A stretch of 64,000 nt of DNA, taken from the NCBI GenBank assembly GCA_040080215.1, contig JBEBIT010000008.1, positions 14,487 to 78,486 on the forward strand, written 5' to 3'. Below are positions 26,547-35,127 of the stretch, one piece after another. The position numbers were made by a program, and so were the translations under genes. How positions within the stretch are numbered: position 1 is the first letter of the stretch; every line of letters starts with the position of its first letter. The notes under the pieces were generated by a model, which did no database searches, was not told the origin of the DNA, and saw nothing but the letters and a program-made list of their open reading frames with translations. Source of the DNA: Steroidobacteraceae bacterium (GTDB taxonomy: Bacteria; Pseudomonadota; Gammaproteobacteria; Steroidobacterales; Steroidobacteraceae).

Positions 26547-27251
26547 TCACGCCTCCCGCACAGTGCGGTTTTCGATGGGCTTCACGTAGTTCGCGCCCTG
26601 GAAAATGCGCTGCACGTAAATGCCTGGCGTGTGGATCGCGTCGGGATCCAGCTCGCCAACCGGCACCAGATGTTCGACTTCGGCGATCGTCACGCGCCCG
26701 GCGGTGGCCATGTTCGGATTGAAGTTGCGCGCGGTCTTGCGGTAGATCAGGTTGCCTTCCGTATCGCCTTTCCAGGCTTTCACGAGCGAGATGTCCGCAG
26801 TGAGTCCCGTCTCGAAGACGTAAGTCTCCCCGTCGACGACGCGCTGTTCCTTGCCTTCGGCCACCAGCGTGCCGGCTCCCGTGCGCGTGAAGAACCCGTA
26901 AATGCCGGCGCCGCCTGCGCGGATACGCTCGGCGAGCGTGCCTTGCGGATTGAACTCGACTGCGAGCTCGCCCGTCAGGTACTGCTTTTCGAACAGCTTG
27001 TTCTCGCCGACATACGACGACACCATCTTGGCGATCTGGCGCTGCTCAAGCAGCAGGCCAAGGCCGAAGCCGTCGAGGCCCGCATTGTTCGAGATGACGG
27101 TGAGGCCGCGCACCCCGGAGTCGCGCAGCGCAAGGATCAGGTTCTCGGGCAGGCCGCTCACGCCGAAGCCGCCGGCCATGATCGTCAAGTTGTCACGCAG
27201 CAGTCCCGACAACGCCGTCTTTGCGTCCGGGTAGACCTTGCCGTGCTTCAA
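26547..27251 (-). CDS. 3-oxoacid CoA-transferase subunit A (PcaI/ScoA family)
   Basis: ORF 26547..27251(-). The sequences KVYPDAKTALSGLLRDNLTIMAGGFGVSGLPENLI and AERIRAGGAGI are typical of the A subunit. Confidence 0.9.
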   Translation of the reverse strand: MKHGKVYPDAKTALSGLLRDNLTIMAGGFGVSGLPENLILALRDSGVRGLTVISNNAGLDGFGLGLLLEQRQIAKMVSSYVGENKLFEKQYLTGELAVEFNPQGTLAERIRAGGAGIYGFFTRTGAGTLVAEGKEQRVVDGETYVFETGLTADISLVKAWKGDTEGNLIYRKTARNFNPNMATAGRVTIAEVEHLVPVGELDPDAIHTPGIYVQRIFQGANYVKPIENRTVREA

Positions 27252-28249
27252 GACGAGAGGTTTCCCGTTGCATCGCCCTGCGCACTGTCTGGAGTGGCGG
27301 CGAGCATGCGGCGGCGGAATTCACGCGGGGTTTGCTGGAAGCGGGTGCGGAAGGACCGGCTGAAATGGGCGAGGTCGCGGAAGCCCCAGGAATAAGCGAT
27401 CTCGCTGATCGTGCGGTGGCGCAGCAGCGGCAGCGACAGTTCATCGCGGCACCGCTCGAGGCGCTCGAGCCAGATGCTCTTCATCAGCGTGACAGGCTCG
27501 CCGGAAAACAGCTCGTAGACATGGCGGGGCGACAGGTCCACGCCGCGGGCAATCATGTCTGCCGTGAGGTTGGGGTCGTGGAGGTTGGCGCGCACGAAGC
27601 GGCGGATCCGGTCCTTGTGGTAACGCTCAAGGCGCGGCGGAATGGCCACGGCAGTCCGTGCGAGCGAGCTCAGCGCCATGGCCAGCACATGCGGCGTGGC
27701 GGTGGAGATGCGAGTGGCCATCACCTCGTCGAGATTGGGTGCGAGGTCGAACAACTCATCAAGCATGCCACGCAACATGGCGCCGGCACCCGAATCGCCC
27801 CGGATGCGGACGGCCGTCAGCGCGTCGGCTTCGGCGAAGACTTCGCGCAACTGGTTTGCCGGGATGTAGAGCGAGTTCGTCTGGATGGCGCCTGTCTTGA
27901 GGTGAAACGGCCGGCCGGTGTCCACCAGGAAGAGGTCGCCGGGTTCGATAGCGGCCTCGCGGCCGTCCTGGACCACGGTGGTCTTGCCTTCCTTCTGCAG
28001 TCCGAGGAGGAAGTAGGTCTGGACGCTGGCATCCGCGATGACGCGACGGGTGGTCGAATGCGCCGAGAACCGCAGGGAGGCAAAGCGCAGCAGCGGCGAC
28101 GAGTACGCCGTCATGCGCATGTCGAAGGGTTCCTGCTCGTCGGGGTTGATCTGCAGGCCGAGGGAAAACAGCCGGTTCATCGTGTCCTGATAGACACGCG
28201 TCCGCTTTGCGATCGGGATATCGTGAGTCGAAAAGGTTGCTGGACTCAT
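27248..28249 (-). CDS. AraC-family transcriptional regulator
   Basis: Internal ATG at 28249 (MSPATFSTHDIPIAKRTRVY...). The C-terminal double HTH is RRFVRANLHDPNLTADMIARGVDLSPRHVYELF...ISEIAYSWGFRDLAHFSRSFRTRFQQTPREFR. The stop overlaps the CoA-transferase A start by 4 nt. Confidence 0.85.
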   Translation of the reverse strand: MSPATFSTHDIPIAKRTRVYQDTMNRLFSLGLQINPDEQEPFDMRMTAYSSPLLRFASLRFSAHSTTRRVIADASVQTYFLLGLQKEGKTTVVQDGREAAIEPGDLFLVDTGRPFHLKTGAIQTNSLYIPANQLREVFAEADALTAVRIRGDSGAGAMLRGMLDELFDLAPNLDEVMATRISTATPHVLAMALSSLARTAVAIPPRLERYHKDRIRRFVRANLHDPNLTADMIARGVDLSPRHVYELFSGEPVTLMKSIWLERLERCRDELSLPLLRHRTISEIAYSWGFRDLAHFSRSFRTRFQQTPREFRRRMLAATPDSAQGDATGNLSS

Positions 28250-28377
28250 GGACTGGCTCCCCCTCAAGGCATGCCCCCGCCTCTGTCTGGCTGAGCGGAG
28301 GCCGCGCCGCATTTCAGCACAACAGGACAAGGATCGGTTTACCGGCAGATCGCCCGCCGCGCCAGTGGAGGGCGGGA

Positions 28378-28391
28378 TGTAATCGATTCCA
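28378..28391. promoter_or_regulatory. Near-palindrome TGTAATCGATTCCA, related to the GTAATCGATTAC sites
   Basis: Read directly from the sequence. It matches the perfect sites at 11 of 12 core positions. It lies in the divergent AraC / MFS intergenic region. Confidence 0.4.
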
Positions 28392-28587
28392 ATTGTGCCA
28401 CGCCCTGCGCGGAACCGGAACGGCACTGTGCAGGTCGAGGCAAACTCTTGAGCAAACCTGAGCAAGCCCCGGCAGACCGCCTGTGGTGCCATGCGTCGGC
28501 TGGCGGAAAGGCACGCTGGGCACCGCCGGCAGACCGGGGGCCGGGTCAAATGAAGAGCCTGAGAGCGTAGAGGTCCCAAAGGAAACC

Positions 28588-29865
28588 ATGGCAAGCGAAA
28601 CCGGCAAGCCCGCGGGCGGGAGCGTCCCGGCGGAATCCAGCACGGGCGTACGAACCGGCCTCTGGACCACCTTTGCGTCGGTGGTCGGACTGACATTTGG
28701 CCCGAGCGCCATCGCCGTGCTCGGGTTCGGGGTGTTCGTCCGCCCGCTCGAAGCCGAGTTCGGCTGGACGCGGACCCAGGTCTCGCTGGCTTCCGTGATC
28801 ATCTCGTGGATGATCGTGCTGGTGTCGCCGCTGCAGGGCATCCTGATCGACCGCTTCGGCGCGCGCCCGGTGGTGTTGTGCTCGATCCCGGCCTTCGCGG
28901 CCGGCATTGCGGCGCTGTATGTCCTGCCCAACAACCTTGCCGTGTTCTATCTCATGTGGGTGATCATTCCCGTGCTGGCCGTCGGGCTGTGGCCGCTCGC
29001 GTACCTCAAGGCGGTGAGCACATGGTTCGATCGACGCCTCGGACTCGCGATCGGTATCGCCAACGCAGGGATCGGCATCGGCAGTGCGCTGGTGCCGCTG
29101 ATCGCGGGTGCCCTGATTGCCACCTACGGCTGGCGCTCGGGCTATCTCGGCCTCGCCGTCATTGCACTCGTCGTCACCTGGCCCGTCTCGTGGCTGTTCC
29201 TGCGTGAGCAGCACGCGGTCGGCGATGCCGGCAAGCCAGGGGCGACCGCCGCACCGGCACTGTTCGGGATCGCGTTCAGGGAGGCGGCCCGCACGCGCAC
29301 GTTCTGGCTGCTCGGCGGGGCGTATTTCCTGCTGGGCGTCATCAACACCGCGCTGATCACGCAGCAGATTCCGATGCTGATCGACTCCGGGCTCACCCCG
29401 CAAGCGGCCGCGGTCGTGCAGTCCATCTTTGGCATCGCGATGATGGTCGGAAGGCTCGGTACCGGGTACGTCATCGATCGCGTGTTCGCCCCGTGGGTGA
29501 TGATCGTCGTGTCCCTGGGAGCCGCCATCGCCTGTGCGCTGTACGGTACCGGCGTGACCGGAGGCATGGTGTTCGTGTCCGCTTGCCTGATCGGACTCGT
29601 CGTCGGCGCGGAGTTCGATGTGCTCGCTTTCATGATCAAGCGTTATTTCGGCATCGTTGCGTACGGCAAGTTGTACGGCGTGATCTTTGCGGTGTTCCAG
29701 TTCGGCGCAGGCATCGGTGCCGCAGCGTTGCCGATCAGCCGCGGCCAGTTCGGCAGCTACACGCCCGGTCTCTACGCTTTCGGCATCGTGCTGGTCCTCG
29801 CCGCAGTCGTTTTCAGTCGGCTGGGCGCGTATACGTTCCAGCCGTCGCCGCCTGCGGCAAGGTGA
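28588..29865 (+). CDS. MFS transporter
   Basis: Internal ATG at 28588. The protein has about 12 hydrophobic segments, with the loop motif GILIDRFGARP between TM2 and TM3. Confidence 0.9.
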   Translation: MASETGKPAGGSVPAESSTGVRTGLWTTFASVVGLTFGPSAIAVLGFGVFVRPLEAEFGWTRTQVSLASVIISWMIVLVSPLQGILIDRFGARPVVLCSIPAFAAGIAALYVLPNNLAVFYLMWVIIPVLAVGLWPLAYLKAVSTWFDRRLGLAIGIANAGIGIGSALVPLIAGALIATYGWRSGYLGLAVIALVVTWPVSWLFLREQHAVGDAGKPGATAAPALFGIAFREAARTRTFWLLGGAYFLLGVINTALITQQIPMLIDSGLTPQAAAVVQSIFGIAMMVGRLGTGYVIDRVFAPWVMIVVSLGAAIACALYGTGVTGGMVFVSACLIGLVVGAEFDVLAFMIKRYFGIVAYGKLYGVIFAVFQFGAGIGAAALPISRGQFGSYTPGLYAFGIVLVLAAVVFSRLGAYTFQPSPPAAR

Positions 29866-29875
29866 AGGGTCCGGC

Positions 29876-30400
29876 ATGAAAGCCCGCATGGCACTGCCTG
29901 ACGAACCGGGACTGACGGAAGACCAACGGCGCGTACGCGCAGCCATCCTCGCAACCCGGCGCAATCTCGACGGTCCTTTTCCTGCGTGGTTGCACAGCCC
30001 CGAGCTTGCCGACCTCGCGCAAGCGCTTGGGGCATTCTGCCGGTACCGAACGGGGCTGCCCTTGCTCGAGTCCGAGCTGCTCATCCTGTGCGTGGCAAGT
30101 CACTGCCGCTGTGTCGGTGAGCAGCAGATCCACGAGCCCATCGCGCGCTCGGCAGGCCTTGGCGATTCCGTGATCGCCGCGCTGCGCCGGGGCGACCAGG
30201 CTGAACTGCCGACCGTCCGATTGCAGGTGCTGCATGACCTCGCGCGGCAGCTGCTGACGACGCATCGGATCGACGATGCCTTGTTCGGGGCGGCACAGAC
30301 GGAATTCGGAGACCGGCTGCTGGTCGAAATCGTCGGCATCATCGGGTACTACACGCTGGCGGCACAGACGCTGAACGCGTTCGACATGGTGAAGGAATGA
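29876..30400 (+). CDS. Carboxymuconolactone decarboxylase (CMD/AhpD-like) family protein
   Basis: Internal ATG at 29876, 174 aa. The length and helical pattern (LTEDQRRVRAAI...LILCVASHCRCVGEQQIHEPIA...GYYTLAAQTLNAF) are reminiscent of CMD-family proteins. Confidence 0.6.
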   Translation: MKARMALPDEPGLTEDQRRVRAAILATRRNLDGPFPAWLHSPELADLAQALGAFCRYRTGLPLLESELLILCVASHCRCVGEQQIHEPIARSAGLGDSVIAALRRGDQAELPTVRLQVLHDLARQLLTTHRIDDALFGAAQTEFGDRLLVEIVGIIGYYTLAAQTLNAFDMVKE

Positions 30401-31524
30401 GTATTGCGGCGAGCCGAGTGCTCGTGGTGGGCGGGGGCATCGGCGGGATGTCGAGTGCCATTGTCTTGCGGCGTCTTGGCATCGCAGTTGACGTCGTCGA
30501 ACTCGATCGTGAGTGGCGCGTCTACGGCGCTGGTATCACGATCACCGGGCCGACGCTCCGTGCCTTCAAGGCGCTCGGCATCTATGATTCCGTGATGGCC
30601 GATGCGTACGTGGGTCACGGCATCCAGATCTGCTCCGTGGCGGGCGAGCCGATTCGCGTGGTCGCAACGCCCACTCCAGTGGGCAGCGATGTCGCAGGCA
30701 GTGGCGGCATCATGCGGCCGGTGCTGCACCGGATATTGTCGGCCTCGACGCTCGAATCTGGAGCACAGGTACGCCTCGGGCTCGGCATCGAAGCGCTCGA
30801 CCAGCATGACGATCGCGTCACGGCGACTTTCACCGACGGGAGGCAGGCAACCTACGACGCAGTGATCGGTGCCGATGGTCTCTTCTCGAGGACCCGGGAG
30901 CTGATCTTTCCCGATGCGCCGCGGCCTGAGTACGTCGGCCAGTTCATCTGGCGGGTCACCGTGCCGCGGGATCCCGCCATCGAGCGGCGGCATTTCTTCC
31001 TTGGAGGTCCCGTCAAGGTGGGCCTCAATCCCGTTTCGCGCGACGAGATGTACATGTTCGTGCTCGAAGGCGCGCCGGCCAAGGTCAAGATCGAAGACGA
31101 CGTACTGGTGCCGAGACTCAAGGCGCTGCTCGCACCCTACGGAGGCGCTGTCGGCCGGGTACGCGACAGCCTTGATGAGCGTTTCCAGATCATCGCCCGC
31201 CCGCTCGAGGCGTTCCTGCTTCCGAGTCCGTGGTATTCGGGCCGCGTAATGCTGGTCGGGGATGCCGCTCATCCGACGACCCCACAGCTCGCGTCCGGCG
31301 CCGGCATGGCGGTGGAGGATGCACTCGTCCTCGGGGCAGAGATGGAAGGGGCGGCCTCGGTACCGGAGGCGTTCGCTGCCATGATGGCTCGCCGCCATGA
31401 CCGGTGCCGCATGGTGGTCGAGAATTCCCTCGAGATCGGCCGCCGCGAGCGGACCGGCGCGCCGCCGGAGTCGCAGACGGAAATACTCGAGCGTTCGCTC
31501 GCGATCCTCGCGCAGCCGATTTGA
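30397..31524 (+). CDS. FAD-dependent aromatic monooxygenase (salicylate hydroxylase/UbiH-like)
   Basis: ORF 30397..31524. Motifs present are the GxGxxG element VLVVGGGIGGMSSA, GADGLFSRTR and GRVMLVGDAAHPTTPQLASGAGMAVEDA. There is a 4-nt overlap with the upstream gene. Confidence 0.85.
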   Translation: MSIAASRVLVVGGGIGGMSSAIVLRRLGIAVDVVELDREWRVYGAGITITGPTLRAFKALGIYDSVMADAYVGHGIQICSVAGEPIRVVATPTPVGSDVAGSGGIMRPVLHRILSASTLESGAQVRLGLGIEALDQHDDRVTATFTDGRQATYDAVIGADGLFSRTRELIFPDAPRPEYVGQFIWRVTVPRDPAIERRHFFLGGPVKVGLNPVSRDEMYMFVLEGAPAKVKIEDDVLVPRLKALLAPYGGAVGRVRDSLDERFQIIARPLEAFLLPSPWYSGRVMLVGDAAHPTTPQLASGAGMAVEDALVLGAEMEGAASVPEAFAAMMARRHDRCRMVVENSLEIGRRERTGAPPESQTEILERSLAILAQPI

Positions 31525-31585
31525 GGCGAGGGAAGGTATAATCGGGCGCCTTTTCCGCCCACCTGCCGTGAGGTCCTGAAGATCC

Positions 31586-31873
31586 ATGCTGAAGCACAAC
31601 ACCTACTTCGATGGCCGCGTCCAGAGCCTGGGATTCGAGCGCAATGCGCTCAAGGCCACGGTAGGCGTCATCGCTCCGGGCGAGTATCACTTCAATACGG
31701 GCGCAGCCGAACGGATGACCGTCGTCAGTGGCGAACTGCGTGCGAAGCTGAAGGACGGCGCATGGCAGACGTACGCTCAGGGCACTTCATTCGAGGTTGC
31801 GGCCAACAGCGGCTTCGATGTGCAGGCCGTCGGCGGTCCCGCTGCCTACCTGTGCGAGTTCCTGGGCGGCTGA
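31586..31873 (+). CDS. ppnP: Pyrimidine/purine nucleoside phosphorylase PpnP (YaiE/DUF1255)
   Basis: 95 aa. The sequence MLKHNTYFDGRVQSLGF...GEYHFNTGAAERMTVVSGEL...YLCEF is colinear with E. coli PpnP. Confidence 0.85.
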   Translation: MLKHNTYFDGRVQSLGFERNALKATVGVIAPGEYHFNTGAAERMTVVSGELRAKLKDGAWQTYAQGTSFEVAANSGFDVQAVGGPAAYLCEFLGG

Positions 31874-32183
31874 TCCAGTCGGGCAATTGGATGGTGGTTT
31901 GCTGGCCATAAAGGCCAATTGCAGTATTGAGCCAATTCCTGCGCAGCCACGGACATGAATCCTGGGAGTGATCAGGCAGTCTGTGCCCCGCGCTCACTGG
32001 GCTCGCCTGCCGCGCCTTGGCCGGGCACGGCGTCTGTCTCGCCTGATTGAGTGGAAAAAGTGGTGGCCGTTGGTCCTGCATTCCGCATCCGGTCATGGCA
32101 CGATCCGATTTCCCGGTTGTCAGTGGGGCTGTGGAGCCTGTGCGGCTGGGCGGCCGATTTGTCTTTTCGATGGAGTTGCCACC

Positions 32184-33041
32184 ATGAAATTCCCTGGATT
32201 GCCCCTCTGTGCGTTTGCTGCGTTGCTGTTCGCCGGCAGCGCGGCCCACGCCCAGGTCGACCTCACTGGCATGTGGGGTCAGTTGACGACCTCGGACGGA
32301 CCCGAACGTGGCGCCGGTCCCGACTACGGCGACTACACCGGGCTACCGCTGAGCGCAGCAGGCCTGCTGCGGGCCGAAACCTGGAGCGACCAGAAATGGA
32401 CGGTACCGGAGCATCAGTGCGAGCCGCATCCGATCGACTATGCGCCATTCGGTCCTGCCGGCATGCGCGTCTGGGGCGACGTCGATCACCCGACGCAGCG
32501 GATAACAGCGCTGCACCAGACGTTCCAGTGGATGATCACGCATCGAGTGATCTGGCTTGACGGCCGCCCGCACCCGTCGCAGTACGCCCCGCACACATGG
32601 ATGGGGTTTAGCACGGGCAAGTGGATCGGCGACATGCTGGTCGTAAACACCACCCATATCAAGGAAGGCTGGATACGGCGCAATGGACCTTCCCGCAGCG
32701 AGAAGGGCAAGCTGACCGAATACTGGATGCGGCACGACAACCTGCTGACGATCACCAGCATTACCGAAGACCCGGTGTACCTGACGGAACCGGTTGTCCG
32801 CAGCATGAACTGGCAGCTGGATCCGGGTTACCAGCACGGCCCCTATCCGTGCTCGGCACGCGTCGAGATCGAACGGCCGCAGGGCTTTGTCGCGCACTTC
32901 CTGCCTGGGACGAATCCGCTGCTTGCCGAGTTCCGCGACAAGCTGGGAGTGCCTGTCCAGGCCGCGCAGGGGGGCGCTGAAGCGCTGTACCCGGAGTACG
33001 AGCAGAAGCTGCGCGACATGATCAAGGCTGCGAAGAAGTAG
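32184..33041 (+). CDS. Secreted protein of unknown function, family A subtype III (copy A5)
   Basis: Internal ATG at 32184. The signal peptide MKFPGLPLCAFAALLFAGSAAHAQ is followed by VDLTGMWGQL. Motifs present are RVIWLDGRPHP, GFSTGKWIGDMLVVNTTHIKEGWIRRNG and EDPVYLTEP. The two Cys residues are in equivalent positions to those of A1-A4. Confidence 0.7.
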   Translation: MKFPGLPLCAFAALLFAGSAAHAQVDLTGMWGQLTTSDGPERGAGPDYGDYTGLPLSAAGLLRAETWSDQKWTVPEHQCEPHPIDYAPFGPAGMRVWGDVDHPTQRITALHQTFQWMITHRVIWLDGRPHPSQYAPHTWMGFSTGKWIGDMLVVNTTHIKEGWIRRNGPSRSEKGKLTEYWMRHDNLLTITSITEDPVYLTEPVVRSMNWQLDPGYQHGPYPCSARVEIERPQGFVAHFLPGTNPLLAEFRDKLGVPVQAAQGGAEALYPEYEQKLRDMIKAAKK

Positions 33042-33053
33042 TGGAGCGTATTC

Positions 33054-34085
33054 GTGATGAGACGACTGCAAATGAAACTAAATGACGGGTGCGCGTTCGC
33101 CGTCGCGTTGCTGCTCGTGGTTGCGGGCGCTGCGGCAGTGCAGGCTGCACAACCAGCGCGTCGCGGCCAGGCTGCCGCGCCCGCCGCGCCGCCACCGCTG
33201 GAACTCGTCACGGAGCACCTCCGCGGCAATCTCTACATGATTGGCGGCGACGGTGGCAACGTTACGGTGCAGATCGGTGAGCAGGGCGTGGTGGTTATCG
33301 ATACCGGCTTTGTGCAGAACGCACCCGCGTTGCTTGGGGAAATCCGCAAGCTTTCAGACAAGAAGATCACCTATATCATCAACACCCACTATCACGCGGA
33401 TCACACGGGCGGCAACGCGTTCATTGCCCCTACCGGACAGTATGTCGGTGGCGTTGGCATCGGCGTCGCGCCGCGGGCAGCCATCTGGGCCCACGAAAAC
33501 GTATTGACGCGAGTGAGTACGACCACTGGCAGTGGCAAGGAGCCGCTGGTTCCGCCGCAGGGCTGGCCGATCGAGACCTACTTCACCGCCGAGCAGGAGA
33601 TCTTTTTCAACGGTGAACCCATTCAGCTGATCCACATGCCCAACGCGCATACGGATGGTGACAGCATCGTGTTCTTCCGGCGCTCCGACGTGATTGCAAC
33701 GGGAGACCTGTTCAATACAACGATGTATCCGTACATCGATGCAGCAGCGGGCGGGAACATCAATGGTTATATCGATGCGCTGAACCACATTATCGATCTC
33801 GCGATACCGGCCGAGAACGAGGAGGGGGGCACGATGATCGTGTCGGGCCATGGCCGGATCGGCGATGAATACGATCTGCTGGTCTACCGGGATGCCATCA
33901 CGATCATCCGCGATCGTATTGCGGACTTGATCGGCAAGGGATTGACGCTTGAGCAGGTGCAGGCCGCAAAGCCGACGCTGGATTACGACGGCATCTACGG
34001 AGCGACATCGGGGTTCTGGACCACGACACAGTTTGTAGCCGCTGTTTACGGCGACCTGAAACAGGCCAGGGCGGAAGCGAAGTAA
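33054..34085 (+). CDS. Secreted MBL-fold metallo-hydrolase
   Basis: ORF 33054..34085. It has a hydrophobic leader ending AAAVQAA, the HxHxDH motif NTHYHADHTGGN, and later HMPNAHTDGD and SGHG. Confidence 0.85.
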   Translation: MMRRLQMKLNDGCAFAVALLLVVAGAAAVQAAQPARRGQAAAPAAPPPLELVTEHLRGNLYMIGGDGGNVTVQIGEQGVVVIDTGFVQNAPALLGEIRKLSDKKITYIINTHYHADHTGGNAFIAPTGQYVGGVGIGVAPRAAIWAHENVLTRVSTTTGSGKEPLVPPQGWPIETYFTAEQEIFFNGEPIQLIHMPNAHTDGDSIVFFRRSDVIATGDLFNTTMYPYIDAAAGGNINGYIDALNHIIDLAIPAENEEGGTMIVSGHGRIGDEYDLLVYRDAITIIRDRIADLIGKGLTLEQVQAAKPTLDYDGIYGATSGFWTTTQFVAAVYGDLKQARAEAK

Positions 34086-34961
34086 ATGAACACTTCAACA
34101 AGGATCACTAGAGCGGGAATGGCTGCGGTGCTGGCGTTTGCCTGTGTTGCAACAAGTCATGCCGGCGCCCCTCCTGCAGGTGCGCCACGCGCCGCGGCGC
34201 CCAATCCATTTGCCCCTGCCCCACAAGGCAAGCCTGGCGCGACGATTGACCTTACCGGCAACTGGGTGCCGATCATCAGCCAGGACTGGCGCTGGCGAAT
34301 GATTACTCCGCCGAAGGGCGACTATTCAGCTGTGCCGTTGAATCCCAATGGCACGCGGGTCGCGGACAGTTGGGATCTTGCCAGGGACGACGCGGCGGGC
34401 GAGCAGTGCAAGGCGTTTGGCGCTCCTGCGATCATGCGGGTACCCGGCAGACTGCGCATCAGCTGGCAGGATGACATGACACTGAAGCTTGAGTTCGATG
34501 CGGGTCAGCAGACCCGCCTGCTGAGGTTCAGCGCGCCGAACACGCCTCCACTGATGGCATCAGGGGAGCGAACCTGGCAGGGCTTTTCGACAGCGAGCTG
34601 GTTCAAGCAACAGCAGCGGCGCGGGTTCGTGCCGTTTGCACCTCCGGGAGAAATTGCACCAGGGGGGAGCCTGACGGTGGAGACGACAAATCTGAAGGCA
34701 GGTTACCTGCGCAAGAACGGCGTGCCATACAGCGAGAACGCGCAGCTCAAGGAATACTTTGACCGGTTGCAGCAGCCGGACGGAACCGAATGGCTGGTGG
34801 TGACAACGGTCGTGACCGATCCGATGTACCTTCGCCAGCCCTTCGTTGTCGCCACACACTTCAAGAAGGAGCCTGACGGTTCGAAGTGGAATCCGCAGCC
34901 GTGCCGGACCGATCCGCCGGTCGTCGACAATTTCAAGAACCGGCCGGCGGGCTTCCGCTGA
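34086..34961 (+). CDS. Secreted protein of unknown function, family A subtype III (copy A6)
   Basis: ORF 34086..34961, starting immediately after the MBL stop. Motifs present are IDLTGNWVPI, GEQCKAFGAP, TTNLKAGYLRKNGVPYSE, TDPMYLRQP and a C-terminal NPQPC. Confidence 0.7.
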   Translation: MNTSTRITRAGMAAVLAFACVATSHAGAPPAGAPRAAAPNPFAPAPQGKPGATIDLTGNWVPIISQDWRWRMITPPKGDYSAVPLNPNGTRVADSWDLARDDAAGEQCKAFGAPAIMRVPGRLRISWQDDMTLKLEFDAGQQTRLLRFSAPNTPPLMASGERTWQGFSTASWFKQQQRRGFVPFAPPGEIAPGGSLTVETTNLKAGYLRKNGVPYSENAQLKEYFDRLQQPDGTEWLVVTTVVTDPMYLRQPFVVATHFKKEPDGSKWNPQPCRTDPPVVDNFKNRPAGFR

Positions 34962-34963
34962 AC

Positions 34964-34995
34964 GACTTCCCGCCCCGTCTGGGGCGAGAAGTCGA
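34964..34995. repeat. Strong GC hairpin (13-bp stem with one mismatch, GTCT loop)
   Basis: The sequence is CGACTTCCCGCCCC-GTCT-GGGGCGAGAAGTCG, directly after the stop at 34961. Confidence 0.6.
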
Positions 34996-35009
34996 CGCTC
35001 CCCCTTGAC

Positions 35010-35050
35010 TGGGAACCGCTTGCCATGGGGTTCCCAGCTTTTTTCGTTTT
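35010..35050 (+). terminator. Rho-independent terminator
   Basis: The stem is TGGGAACC (35010-35017) pairing with GGTTCCCA (35029-35036). It is followed by GCTTTTTTCGTTTT. Confidence 0.75.
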
Positions 35051-35127
35051 GTAGTAGAGCGGAGCGTTGCTTGCCGGGTGATAGGATCGTTGATGTCACT
35101 TGAGCGATATCACGAAGGGCATCCCGC

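Noticed and set aside
25515-27395. 626-aa plus-strand ORF spanning the CoA-transferase genes
   Set aside because: It is antisense to two textbook CoA-transferase subunits and part of the hydrolase. Its composition is low-complexity and Arg/Ala-rich, and no motifs are present.
28546-30084. 512-aa minus-strand ORF opposite the MFS transporter and CMD genes
   Set aside because: It is a shadow ORF. The product is extremely Arg/Asp/His-rich and non-membrane, while the plus strand gives a clean 12-TM transporter.
32096-32112. Sigma-54-like TGGCAC element upstream of the third cassette
   Set aside because: The -12 element is wrong: GATT appears where TTGC is expected, 5 nt after TGGCAC. No enhancer-binding protein gene is nearby.
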